A stretch of 64,000 nt of DNA from NCBI GenBank assembly GCA_041649675.1, contig JBAZMQ010000001.1:253-64252 (forward strand). Reading direction: 5' to 3'. Shown here piece by piece: positions 28,042-36,626 of the stretch. The translations under genes were made by a program, and so were the position numbers. The notes under the pieces were generated by a model. That model searched no databases, was not told the origin of the DNA, and saw only the letters and a program-made list of their open reading frames with translations. Position 1 is the first letter of the stretch. The number at the start of each line of letters is the position of its first letter. This DNA is from Patescibacteria group bacterium. Its GTDB lineage: Bacteria > Patescibacteriota > Patescibacteriia > Buchananbacterales > UBA6539.

Positions 28042-28908
28042 ATGTTTGAAAGACATCAAAAACAATTTAGAGCCGAGCCGCAGGGAGCCGAAACTGACAG
28101 TCTTAAGGATATTGAGGAAATTGAAGAAGGTGAAACTTCTGAAACTGAAGATATTAGCGTGCCAAAATCAGAAGCTCAAGAACCGCGCCAAGAATCAGTT
28201 GAAACCGTAGCTGAGCTTTTGGTTTCTTGGGCTAAAGATTACGAAGAGGTTCAGGATGAAGGAGCTAAAAGAGAGTTGGCTTACAAAATTTTAAAAATGG
28301 AAATGGCTTTAGGCACTGCCAAACTTAGTGCTGATAAAGTAAAAATTAGGAAAGCTGAGAATGGAACATTGGGACTTTTTGATCCCGAAAGTGGGGAAAT
28401 TGCCATTACTGAAGAAGGTCTTGAATTGCCGCCCCAGCATTTTGCCGATGTTTTTGTTCATGAGTCAGCCCATGCCGGCAAGCTAACCGGACATTCAATT
28501 ATGGATGAAGGGATGGCTGAGTGGTTTACCATTCATCGTTTGCCAAATGCCATGCAAGGAATTTATGTTCAAGAGCGTCAAAGGGCTATAAATACTTTTG
28601 GCGCCGACGCCATGGCTAAGGCAGCTGAAAAATATGATTACCACAGACCCACCAGGTTAGCTGAATTGTATTTGGAAACTGAGTTGGAGGATAGATGGAA
28701 CTTGGGTTTAAAAAGGAAAGTAAGCGCCAAATCAGGCAAAGAAGATAAAACTTTGGCCAAAGCCGCGGCTGGTGAATTAAAATTGGTTGATAATCTTTTT
28801 AAAAAAGGAGTGCCGGACTTATGGCATTCTCTTAAAGAAGTTGATTCTGATTTTTTTCAGGCCGTTGGTTTAAAAATATTAAAGCGTTTAAATAAGCAGG
28901 AAGCTTAA
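28042..28908 (+). CDS. hypothetical acidic protein with HExxH motif (possible metallopeptidase-like)
   Basis: 288 aa; acidic N-terminal region; VHESAHAG HExxH motif; no other recognisable domain. Confidence 0.45.
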   Translation: MFERHQKQFRAEPQGAETDSLKDIEEIEEGETSETEDISVPKSEAQEPRQESVETVAELLVSWAKDYEEVQDEGAKRELAYKILKMEMALGTAKLSADKVKIRKAENGTLGLFDPESGEIAITEEGLELPPQHFADVFVHESAHAGKLTGHSIMDEGMAEWFTIHRLPNAMQGIYVQERQRAINTFGADAMAKAAEKYDYHRPTRLAELYLETELEDRWNLGLKRKVSAKSGKEDKTLAKAAAGELKLVDNLFKKGVPDLWHSLKEVDSDFFQAVGLKILKRLNKQEA

Positions 28909-28923
28909 TATACATCTTCAAGT

Positions 28924-29595
28924 ATGGAGACAAAAGACAAAATCCGTACTTTGGCAAAAAAAATTTGGGATTACCATTTATTAAATCAGAAATTGGAAAA
29001 AGCTGATTGTCTTTTGGTTTTAGGCAGCAATGATTTGAGGGTGGCTCAGAGGGCAGCCCAATTATTTTTAGACGGTTTTGCGCCTTACATTGTTTTTTCC
29101 GGCACCGGTTTTGGCCATAAAGATGATTTACTTTCAACCAGCTGGTCTGAATGGGGCAAAGCCGAAGCCGAAGTTTTTGCTGATGCGGCCATAGAGTTAG
29201 GCGTACCCAAGGATAAAATTATTATTGAGAAAGAATCGCAAAACACCGGTCAAAACATTTTGTTTACCAAAAAATTGTTAAATAGTCTTGACCTAAATCC
29301 AAAAAAAATAATTTTGGTCCAAAAATCATATATGGAACGCCGGGCTTTTGCCACGATTAAAAAGTTTTGGCCAGAGATTGAAGTAATTGTTACTTCACCG
29401 CCAATTTCTTTTGACAATTACCCAAATGATCAAATTTCTGAAGAAAAATTAATTAATCTTTTAGTTGGGGATTTACAGCGGATTAAATTGTATCCGCAAA
29501 AAGGTTTTCAAATTCCGCAAGAAATTCCCGCTGATGTTTGGCAGGCCTATGAGGATTTGGTAGCGGCTGGTTATAATCAACATTTAGTAAATTAA
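28924..29595 (+). CDS. YdcF/ElyC/SanA (DUF218) family protein
   Basis: CLLVLGSNDLRVAQRAAQLF...IVFSGTG and QNTGQNI motifs typical of DUF218. Confidence 0.7.
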   Translation: METKDKIRTLAKKIWDYHLLNQKLEKADCLLVLGSNDLRVAQRAAQLFLDGFAPYIVFSGTGFGHKDDLLSTSWSEWGKAEAEVFADAAIELGVPKDKIIIEKESQNTGQNILFTKKLLNSLDLNPKKIILVQKSYMERRAFATIKKFWPEIEVIVTSPPISFDNYPNDQISEEKLINLLVGDLQRIKLYPQKGFQIPQEIPADVWQAYEDLVAAGYNQHLVN

Positions 29596-29602
29596 AGAAG
29601 TT

Positions 29603-29626
29603 CCCTTCTCCCATTTGGGAGAAGGG
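29603..29626. repeat. GC-rich hairpin repeat copy H3
   Basis: cccttctccc-attt-gggagaaggg perfect 10-bp stem, followed by ggaaggggatgagg; directly upstream of the DUF559 gene. Confidence 0.4.
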
Positions 29627-29647
29627 GAAGGGGATGAGGTAGCGGAC

Positions 29648-29986
29648 ATGAATACCAACATTTCTAGAATATTACGTAAAAACCAAACTCCTCACGAAAG
29701 AAAACTTTGGGGTTGTCTTAGAAATCGTGAATTGCAGAATTTAAAATTCAGGCGTCAATATAAAATTGGCAAATATGTTGTTGATTTTTACTGTCCAACC
29801 AAAAAATTAGTAATTGAGCTTGATGGCGGTTGGCACAACGAAGAAAAGAATATAATTAAGGACGAGGAAAGAAGCAGATACCTCGAGAGTCAAGGTCATA
29901 GAGTCTTGAGGCTTTGGAATAATGATATTGATAATAATTTAGAAGGTGTGATTGAAGAAATTATAAAATTTTGTGGTTTAAATTAG
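29648..29986 (+). CDS. DUF559 endonuclease-domain protein (Vsr-like restriction-endonuclease fold)
   Basis: RKNQTPHERKLW...VVDFYCPTKKLVIELDGGWH...HRVLRLWNNDI, the DUF559 signature. Track start 29615 lies inside hairpin H3; ATG 29648 preferred. Confidence 0.75.
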   Translation: MNTNISRILRKNQTPHERKLWGCLRNRELQNLKFRRQYKIGKYVVDFYCPTKKLVIELDGGWHNEEKNIIKDEERSRYLESQGHRVLRLWNNDIDNNLEGVIEEIIKFCGLN

Positions 29987-30006
29987 TTTAAGTAATTATT
30001 GAGTTT

Positions 30007-30043
30007 GTAACCTCACCCCAACCCTCTCCGTGATCGGAGAGGG
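30007..30043. repeat. GC-rich hairpin repeat copy H4 with gtaacctcaccc box
   Basis: gtaacctcacccc-aa-ccctctccg-tgat-cggagaggg; same box plus stem as 27378-27436 but lacking the 26-nt internal segment. Confidence 0.5.
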
Positions 30044-30075
30044 AGGGCTATGGAAAAATTAAATATAAAAAAATT

Positions 30076-30348
30076 ATGGAAAATTTAGAACAAAGAATTC
30101 AAAAAATTGAAGCAAGAAATTTAAGCGTTCAAAAAGATAAGGCTTGGGAAACCAGCTGGACCAGGCGAATATTACTGGCAATATTTTCTTATTTGGCAAT
30201 CGGGGTTTATCTTTGGGCTATTAAAATTCCGCATGCCTGGTTAAATGCCATTGTGCCGGCCGTGGCCTTTATGATTCAAACTTTGACTTTGCCGTTTTTT
30301 AAAAAACTTTGGTTAAATTTTAAGGGTAATGGACAACAAAAATTTTGA
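30076..30348 (+). CDS. hypothetical small membrane protein
   Basis: 90 aa, two predicted TM helices. Confidence 0.5.
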   Translation: MENLEQRIQKIEARNLSVQKDKAWETSWTRRILLAIFSYLAIGVYLWAIKIPHAWLNAIVPAVAFMIQTLTLPFFKKLWLNFKGNGQQKF

Positions 30349-30553
30349 TTGTATGGAACCGATTCTATTTAAAAAATTTGATTCAATTTCGGAAGCGGAG
30401 TTGGCAAAAAATATTTTAATCAAAAAAGGGATAAAGAGTTTTATTGAGAAAGGCGGTTTACAGTTTCCCGGCGACTCGGGCGATATGTACGGAGCGGATT
30501 TATATGTTTTAACCAAAGATTTAAAACAAGCCGAGGAAATTTTAAATTTATAA
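30329..30553 (+). CDS. hypothetical small protein (DUF2007-like putative signal-transducing domain)
   Basis: 74 aa; composition and length resemble DUF2007; an alternative ATG lies at 30353. Confidence 0.4.
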   Translation: MDNKNFDCMEPILFKKFDSISEAELAKNILIKKGIKSFIEKGGLQFPGDSGDMYGADLYVLTKDLKQAEEILNL

Positions 30554-30557
30554 AAAA

Positions 30558-30582
30558 AGACTCCTTTTGATTTTAGGAGTCT
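30558..30582. terminator. bidirectional terminator between convergent genes
   Basis: agactcct-tttgatttt-aggagtct 8-bp stem with flanking A/T runs. Confidence 0.5.
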
Positions 30583-31052
30583 GGTGTTTGTGGAGAAAAG
30601 AGAGCGTCAATTGCTGTTCCTACGGGGCTGTTGCTGGTCAGTTGCTTGTACCAGGTACCAAGCTCTTCTGTGGCTTCAGCGAATTGGTCAATAATGCCGA
30701 GCGGGAAATCCTCACTTAATTTAATCAGGCCGTTAAGACTGAATTTGATAAGTTGGAGATAGATAAGCATCTCCTCAGGGTTGCCTTTCTGAACCCAGAG
30801 TTTATCTGGATCAATGTCTTTAATCGGTATTATACCTTGATGAAAGATATTGACTATTTGCCTGATTCCTTCGGTGACCTGATCGTATTCCGGAAGACGG
30901 CTGGCAAATTTTTCCAGGTTAGCAAGGCCTGCTTCCATTTTTTGAATGACCGAACTGGGAATACCCAGGTTTTGCAGCCTTATAATCATCCAAAAGATTG
31001 TTTGGGCCGCCATTACTACTGATGAGGTTGATGTCTTTTTTGAATCAATCAT
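30573..31052 (-). CDS. hypothetical protein
   Basis: 159 aa ORF, GC about 45%, no recognisable motif. Confidence 0.45.
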   Translation of the reverse strand: MIDSKKTSTSSVVMAAQTIFWMIIRLQNLGIPSSVIQKMEAGLANLEKFASRLPEYDQVTEGIRQIVNIFHQGIIPIKDIDPDKLWVQKGNPEEMLIYLQLIKFSLNGLIKLSEDFPLGIIDQFAEATEELGTWYKQLTSNSPVGTAIDALFSPQTPDS

Positions 31053-31149
31053 TTCTATACTCCTTGTAACGAGTTTTTGTGTCCACTGAAGTGAAATAGG
31101 GTGCTACTTACTATAGGGAAATTACTATTTAAAAATAATTTTGTCAAAT

Positions 31150-32061
31150 ATGCCTGAGCTACCTGAAGTTGAAACTTTACGCCGAGAGTTAAATTCAATA
31201 ATCAAAGGTAAGGTAATCAAATCTGCGGTTTGCAATTGGCCAAAGATGGTTAAGCCATTGACGGTTTTGGAATTTCAAAATCAAATTAAGAATAAAAAAA
31301 TTACAGACATAAAAAGAAAAGCTAAAGTTTTAATTTTAGATCTTGCCGGTCCGTTGTCGCTTTTGATCCATCTTAAGCTAACTGGACAGTTGATTTACAG
31401 AGATAAGAAAACAGAGAACAGAAATCAGAGGCTTGTTGTTGGGGGGCATCCGCTGCCGCTTCGTTCCAGCGAGACAAATCCTCAAAAAGGTGGTAGCAAT
31501 GGTTTACCGAATAAATTTACTCATTTGACTTTGAATTTTAGCGATGGTTCAAAACTATTTTTTAATGATTTGCGGAAATTCGGTTGGGCAAAGCTAGTTG
31601 ATGATTCAGGTTTGGCTGAAGTGATTGAAAAACATGGACCCGAACCTTTAACTAAGGAGTTTACTTTCAAATATTTTTTAGCGATATTAAAAAAGTATCC
31701 GAACCGAAAAATTAAACAGATTCTATTGGATCAAAATTTAATTTCCGGTTTGGGCAATATTTATGCTGATGAAAGTTGTTTTTGGGCTAAAGTCAGGCCA
31801 ACCAGAGTTAATAAGACTTTAAAACCCGAAGAGATCAAAAAATTATTTTATTGTATTCCAAAGATTTTAAAGTTTGCCATTGGCAAAAAGGGGACATCGG
31901 CTAATACTTATGTTCGTTTGTCTGGCCAGCCTGGCGGCATGGAGCCGTATTTAAAAGTTTACGGCAGAAAAGGGGAGAAATGCCAGCGTTGCGGCGGGGT
32001 AGTGGAAAAAATAAAATTAAACGGCCGCGGGACGCATTTTTGTCCAAAGTGTCAGAAATAA
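31150..32061 (+). CDS. mutM: formamidopyrimidine-DNA glycosylase (Fpg/MutM)
   Basis: MPELPEVETLRREL catalytic N-terminus, H2TH, C-terminal zinc finger CQRCGG...CPKC. Track start 31141 is a TTG. Contains an insertion relative to canonical Fpg around 31407-31431 (KKTENRNQR...). Confidence 0.92.
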   Translation: MPELPEVETLRRELNSIIKGKVIKSAVCNWPKMVKPLTVLEFQNQIKNKKITDIKRKAKVLILDLAGPLSLLIHLKLTGQLIYRDKKTENRNQRLVVGGHPLPLRSSETNPQKGGSNGLPNKFTHLTLNFSDGSKLFFNDLRKFGWAKLVDDSGLAEVIEKHGPEPLTKEFTFKYFLAILKKYPNRKIKQILLDQNLISGLGNIYADESCFWAKVRPTRVNKTLKPEEIKKLFYCIPKILKFAIGKKGTSANTYVRLSGQPGGMEPYLKVYGRKGEKCQRCGGVVEKIKLNGRGTHFCPKCQK

Positions 32062-32104
32062 AAAAATAACCCTGTGATTCCGTAAGGGAAAAACAGAGTT
32101 AGGA

Positions 32105-32971
32105 TTAATGAGCGGTTTGGATTTTGGCAACGAGCGCCATCAGCCTCCGGCCGTATTCAACATAGCTTTTGTAGAGCTCTTCTTCGCTATCGGCTTTTTG
32201 TCCGGTGTGGACTACGGCCGCCAGGTGCGGCTCAATGGAAAAACCGCCATCATAGCCTTTAGTCAGCAAGTCTTGGATGATTTCCTCGACATAGCCATCA
32301 CCATCACCAGGGTAGGTGTAAATTTCTGGTTTATCAGGGTCCAATATTTTGGCGTCTTTGATATGGACGTAGCCAATATCTTTTCTGACGGCCTGATACC
32401 ACTTCCAGGAGTTTTTGCCGTGGGCGGGTGCATTACCGGTGTCAAAAAGAACCTTAAATGCGGAATAGGCGGCCATGGCTTCAAGCAGGGCGACATTGTT
32501 TTCTACCGATATACCGCCATAGCCGCTGCAGTTTTCGTGAGCAAGCGTTATCCTAAGATCTCCAGCGATATTGGCTAATTCGCGCATGCGGCGAATGGCT
32601 TCACGGCGCCAGTCGGCTTCAGAAACGGGATTTTTGGGATCGTTGGGCCAGCTCATGACCCGAATTCGTCGCTCTGGCATTTCCAGGATATCCATGCAAG
32701 CCGCTGCGGCATACAGATCAATGATATCCAGGGAAAAATCTCCCGTAATCGGCCGCGACCAGTCGCCGATTTTGCTGGCCAGATTGGAAACAGTTATACC
32801 GGCTTGTTTGAGTTGCCTGGCAATTTTTATCACCTTTGATAACGGCAGGTCAAGGATTGGTATGCCATCAACCAATCTTAATTCCAAATACTCCCAGCCC
32901 AATTCTTCATGGGCTTTGATTTGGTCGTCAATAGCCTGCCCGGCTTCATCAGATATTCCTGAGAAAAACAC
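32105..32971 (-). CDS. sugar phosphate isomerase/epimerase (xylose isomerase-like TIM barrel)
   Basis: 288 aa with TIM-barrel AP_endonuc_2-like motifs (HENCSGYGG, FDTGN, IEPH); GC about 50%, well above the genome background. Confidence 0.75.
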   Translation of the reverse strand: MFFSGISDEAGQAIDDQIKAHEELGWEYLELRLVDGIPILDLPLSKVIKIARQLKQAGITVSNLASKIGDWSRPITGDFSLDIIDLYAAAACMDILEMPERRIRVMSWPNDPKNPVSEADWRREAIRRMRELANIAGDLRITLAHENCSGYGGISVENNVALLEAMAAYSAFKVLFDTGNAPAHGKNSWKWYQAVRKDIGYVHIKDAKILDPDKPEIYTYPGDGDGYVEEIIQDLLTKGYDGGFSIEPHLAAVVHTGQKADSEEELYKSYVEYGRRLMALVAKIQTAH

Positions 32972-33197
32972 AGTTTATTCCTCCTTCTTTTACCCTGAGT
33001 CCCAGGGTTGTTTTTGGCTGACGGAAATTAGCATAGCAAGACAATGCAATGCTTTATGTTTTTTAGCTTTTTTGGGATTAATTGTCAAGCCTTAAATTTA
33101 TAAATTAAGCAGATTTAATAATAGGTTAATGTTTATCAAACACGATACGACCCCAGAGTGAGATTTAACTCCGGGGTCGTTAATTGCAATGAACTTT

Positions 33198-33683
33198 TTA
33201 CAGATCCTGCAGTTGGATTTCTAGGTCGTTGACCTTTAACAGAGTCACATACTTTGCAACCATTTTGCCGATGTCCGGCTGGCGTTTCAGATATTTTTTA
33301 ATCTGACTTGTTACCAGCCGGTCGTTGCTCCACAAGGCCGCAGCTACCGCAATGGCGGCATTAGGCTGCCGCTCAGGTGGTAAACTGTTTATCCAGGTAC
33401 CGAGACTGGTTAAAACATCACCTTGACTGGCGCTGGTCGGAAAGTAAATCCGGTAGTTGGTTTTTAGCCTGGCGTATTCTACTTCAGTGGTTTCTAAAAT
33501 TACGCCGAGCTGATAGAGGTAACCTATTACCTCTTTGGCGGTGCCATGTTTATTCAACCGCCGTAGCTGATGGCTTAAGTGTATTGGCCAGATCAATACA
33601 ATACAGGCAAATACTCCGCAGCCTAATACTACCAAAAACACATCCAACTTACTCATACTGTTTCCTTTTTTCTTGCCGCTCAT
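33198..33683 (-). CDS. hypothetical membrane-anchored protein
   Basis: 161 aa, N-terminal TM helix; GC-rich like its neighbour 32105-32971. Confidence 0.45.
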   Translation of the reverse strand: MSGKKKGNSMSKLDVFLVVLGCGVFACIVLIWPIHLSHQLRRLNKHGTAKEVIGYLYQLGVILETTEVEYARLKTNYRIYFPTSASQGDVLTSLGTWINSLPPERQPNAAIAVAAALWSNDRLVTSQIKKYLKRQPDIGKMVAKYVTLLKVNDLEIQLQDL

Positions 33684-33911
33684 ATTTGAGCGTGCAGTTG
33701 TGCTTAAACACTTTTTTAGACTAGACGGACCAGTCCCGGGAAGACGGACCTCCCGATGGTTAAGCTTCGTTGTAATATATCATATAATTTGTTATTTGTC
33801 AATGTTATTTAATTTTTTTATTTAAATTGAGCTATTTTTGAGTACAAAAAATCTCGTTTTTCACGAGAAAATTAAAATAAACTAAAGATGACGTTTCTTA
33901 AACAAAAAAAA

Positions 33912-34340
33912 CTATAATAAGCTCAAAAACCAGGTCAAAACTATTCCCCAGAGAGCGCCGGCCGAAACTTCTAAAACACTGTGGCCCATTTGTTCACGAA
34001 AAAGCGGCAAGTCTTTTTTTTCCGTTTCGGGTAATCGTTTAATAAACTTATTGAAGGTTTTGGCTTGCTGGCCTAAGATATTTCTGAAGCCAGCTGCATC
34101 GCGCATGGTTAATAGAGTAAAAACCAAAGCTAAGGCAAAAATTGGTGAATCCAAACCTTGCCTGATTGCGATTAAGGTTGTGATTGAAACAGCAAAAGCA
34201 GTATGGGAAGAGGGCATGCCGCCATAACTAATAAACATGCTCTTGAGATCAAAATTGCCTTTAATGCCATCGGTTAGCAGTTTTAAAGTTTGGCTGGTAA
34301 TTAATGCAATAATTGGTATAATAATATAAGACAGATCCAT
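33912..34340 (-). CDS. divergent PAP2 family protein (DUF212)
   Basis: YGGMPSSHTA and RDAAGFRN motifs; 142 aa, 4 TM. Confidence 0.75.
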   Translation of the reverse strand: MDLSYIIIPIIALITSQTLKLLTDGIKGNFDLKSMFISYGGMPSSHTAFAVSITTLIAIRQGLDSPIFALALVFTLLTMRDAAGFRNILGQQAKTFNKFIKRLPETEKKDLPLFREQMGHSVLEVSAGALWGIVLTWFLSLL

Positions 34341-34358
34341 GGTTTTGGAATTATGAAT

Positions 34359-34392
34359 CCCGCCTACGCTCGCTTCAGCGAGCTTCGGCGGG
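34359..34392. other. GC-rich nested hairpin in divergent intergenic region
   Basis: cccgcc-tacg-ctcgc-ttca-gcgag-cttc-ggcggg between divergently transcribed PAP2 and uppP. Confidence 0.3.
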
Positions 34393-34425
34393 CAAGTATG
34401 AATTAGAATATATAATTTTAATTTT

Positions 34426-35250
34426 TTGTTTATGGATATACTTTATTCAACTATTGCTGGTATAATCCAAGGTTTAACGGAATTTTTACCGGTTTCCAGC
34501 TCCGGTCATTTGGTTTTTTTTCACTATTTTTTTGGTTTTGATTTTATCAATGATTTGTCGTTTGATGCGGTTTTGCATTTGGGTACTCTGGCGGCACTAG
34601 GGTTATTTTTTTTCTCCGATATTTTCAAATACCTGGCTGCGTTTTTTCAAAGTTTTATCCGTTGGAATATTAAATCGGATGTTAATCAGCGTTTAGCTTG
34701 GTATCTTTTTTTGGCTACCATTCCGGCGTTATTGGTTGGTTATTTTTTTGAAAGTCAGATTGAAACAGTTTTTCGCAGCCCGGCTTTAGTGGCTTGGGTT
34801 TTTATAATTTTTGGTGTGATTCTTTATTTGGCGGATAAGTATTTGCTGACTAACCGGTCAATGAATCAATTAACTTTAAGTAATTCGTTAATCATTGGTC
34901 TGGCCCAAGCCCTGGCTTTGATTCCGGGCGTTTCGCGGTCCGGTATTACCATTGTAGCAGGTTTGACCCAAAATTTAAAACGGGAACAGGCCGCCCGTTT
35001 TTCTTTTTTGCTGGCCATACCGGCAGTTTTTGCCGCCGGCGCCAAAAAAATGCTTGATTTATATCAGCTGCAGGCTTTTTCTTATTCTAATTCTTTAATT
35101 TTGTTGGTTGGATTTTTAGCTTCAGCTGTAGTCGGTTATTTGTGTATTAAATATTTTCTTAAATTTTTAGAAAATCATTCTTTGAAGGTTTTTGCTTATT
35201 ATCGCATTGTCGTGGGAGTTATAGTCTTAGTAGTTTTATTTTTTAGTTAA
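34426..35250 (+). CDS. uppP: undecaprenyl-diphosphatase
   Basis: GLTEFLPVSSSGHL and PGVSRSG motifs; 274 aa. Confidence 0.92.
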   Translation: MFMDILYSTIAGIIQGLTEFLPVSSSGHLVFFHYFFGFDFINDLSFDAVLHLGTLAALGLFFFSDIFKYLAAFFQSFIRWNIKSDVNQRLAWYLFLATIPALLVGYFFESQIETVFRSPALVAWVFIIFGVILYLADKYLLTNRSMNQLTLSNSLIIGLAQALALIPGVSRSGITIVAGLTQNLKREQAARFSFLLAIPAVFAAGAKKMLDLYQLQAFSYSNSLILLVGFLASAVVGYLCIKYFLKFLENHSLKVFAYYRIVVGVIVLVVLFFS

Positions 35251-35253
35251 AAT

Positions 35254-35865
35254 ATGCAAGAATTAATCACTGAATTAATTAAGCAAAGCTATCTTAAGAC
35301 GCCGTATATCATTGACGCTTTTTACAAAATAAAACGGCGGGATTTTTTGCCAGCGGATTTAGTTAGCCAAGAATCGTTAAATGCGCCCTTGCCAATTGGT
35401 CATGGCCAAACAATATCGCAGCCGTTGACCGTGGCTTTTATGTTTGAATTGCTTAAACCCGAACTTGGCCAAAAAATTGTTGATATCGGATCGGGCTCTG
35501 GCTGGACCACGGCGCTGCTAGCCGAAATTGTTGGTCCTGGCGGTACGGTTTATGCGGTTGAGCGGGTGCCGGAGTTAGAAAAATTTGGCCAGAAAAATGT
35601 TTCTAAATATAATTTTTCTAATGTTGAATTTTTTTGTCAGGACGGCGCCAAAGGGTTGCCAGAAAAAGCACCTTTTGATAGGATTATTGTTGCGGCGGCG
35701 GCCTATGAAGTGCCAAAAGCCCTAAAGGATCAGCTAAAAATTGGCGGGCGGCTGGTAATACCGGTTGCCGACCAAAGTTTAAGGCTAATTGAAAAAACCG
35801 GCAAAAATGAATACCAGGAAAGAACTTATCCGGGGTTTACTTTTGTGCCGTTAATTGAAGATTAA
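35254..35865 (+). CDS. pcm: protein-L-isoaspartate O-methyltransferase
   Basis: DIGSGSGWTTALLAEIVG SAM motif I and PIMT family length (203 aa). Confidence 0.88.
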   Translation: MQELITELIKQSYLKTPYIIDAFYKIKRRDFLPADLVSQESLNAPLPIGHGQTISQPLTVAFMFELLKPELGQKIVDIGSGSGWTTALLAEIVGPGGTVYAVERVPELEKFGQKNVSKYNFSNVEFFCQDGAKGLPEKAPFDRIIVAAAAYEVPKALKDQLKIGGRLVIPVADQSLRLIEKTGKNEYQERTYPGFTFVPLIED

Positions 35866-35868
35866 TTT

Positions 35869-36624
35869 ATGAGTGATCATCTAGCTGCTGAAATTGCCGA
35901 AACATCTAACGGAGTTGAAATAAGTCCTTATCTTTGGCGTATTGTTACGTCAGGACAAGTTTACGAAAAATTAAATAAACTTTTGGATAATGGCGAAACA
36001 GCGGCCGCCAATGGAGAATTTGAGACCTCTTACAAACATTCTATTGATGTTGCTAAGTTGGCTGAAAGTTATGCTGACAGTACAGAATTACTTGAGCCAG
36101 AAAAAGAAATTTTTATCACGGCTGCTTTGTTGCATGATATTGGTAAAGATGAAGTGCCGTTAGAAATTTTAACTAAAGACAAACCCTTGTCGCCAGAGGA
36201 GAGGCAACAAATTCAGACTCACGCGGTTTCAAGCTGGCAAGACTGCAAAGAGATTGCTGACTCTTTTGCTGACGATGACGAAAAAAGAAAAATGTTTTTA
36301 ATGATTTCTGAGATTGTTTTAAGACATCACCGGCCAGGTAGTGGAGAATCTTATCCTGATGATGAATTTTTAAAGCATCATTTGGACAATGATCCCAAAG
36401 CAGCGGTTTTTCTAGAAGCTGGTAATCGGCCGGCCACAATTGAAGAAATGTCAAATCAACTTTCGGTAATTGATATCTTTGAGTCTTTAAGATCGCATCG
36501 GGCGTATCGTGAGCCAGCCGAGGCAGGAGAGGTAGGCAAAATATTGCAGGCCAAATTTCCACTAGTTAATTATCCTAAGGAGCAAAAGTTAATTAATTTT
36601 TTAATTTCTAAATTACCAAAATAA
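35869..36624 (+). CDS. HD domain phosphohydrolase
   Basis: AALLHDIGK HD motif; 251 aa. Confidence 0.7.
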   Translation: MSDHLAAEIAETSNGVEISPYLWRIVTSGQVYEKLNKLLDNGETAAANGEFETSYKHSIDVAKLAESYADSTELLEPEKEIFITAALLHDIGKDEVPLEILTKDKPLSPEERQQIQTHAVSSWQDCKEIADSFADDDEKRKMFLMISEIVLRHHRPGSGESYPDDEFLKHHLDNDPKAAVFLEAGNRPATIEEMSNQLSVIDIFESLRSHRAYREPAEAGEVGKILQAKFPLVNYPKEQKLINFLISKLPK

Positions 36625-36626
36625 AA

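Noticed and set aside
27330-30043. Possible CRISPR array, given the repeated identical hairpin stems
   Set aside because: The repeats are not regularly spaced (spacings about 60 nt, 2.2 kb and 0.4 kb). They are separated by protein-coding genes, and no cas genes are present. A REP/MITE-like repeat family fits better.
32108-33095. Plus-strand ORFs 32108-32578 and 32571-33095
   Set aside because: They are antisense to the GC-rich sugar phosphate isomerase gene. High GC content produces long spurious ORFs.
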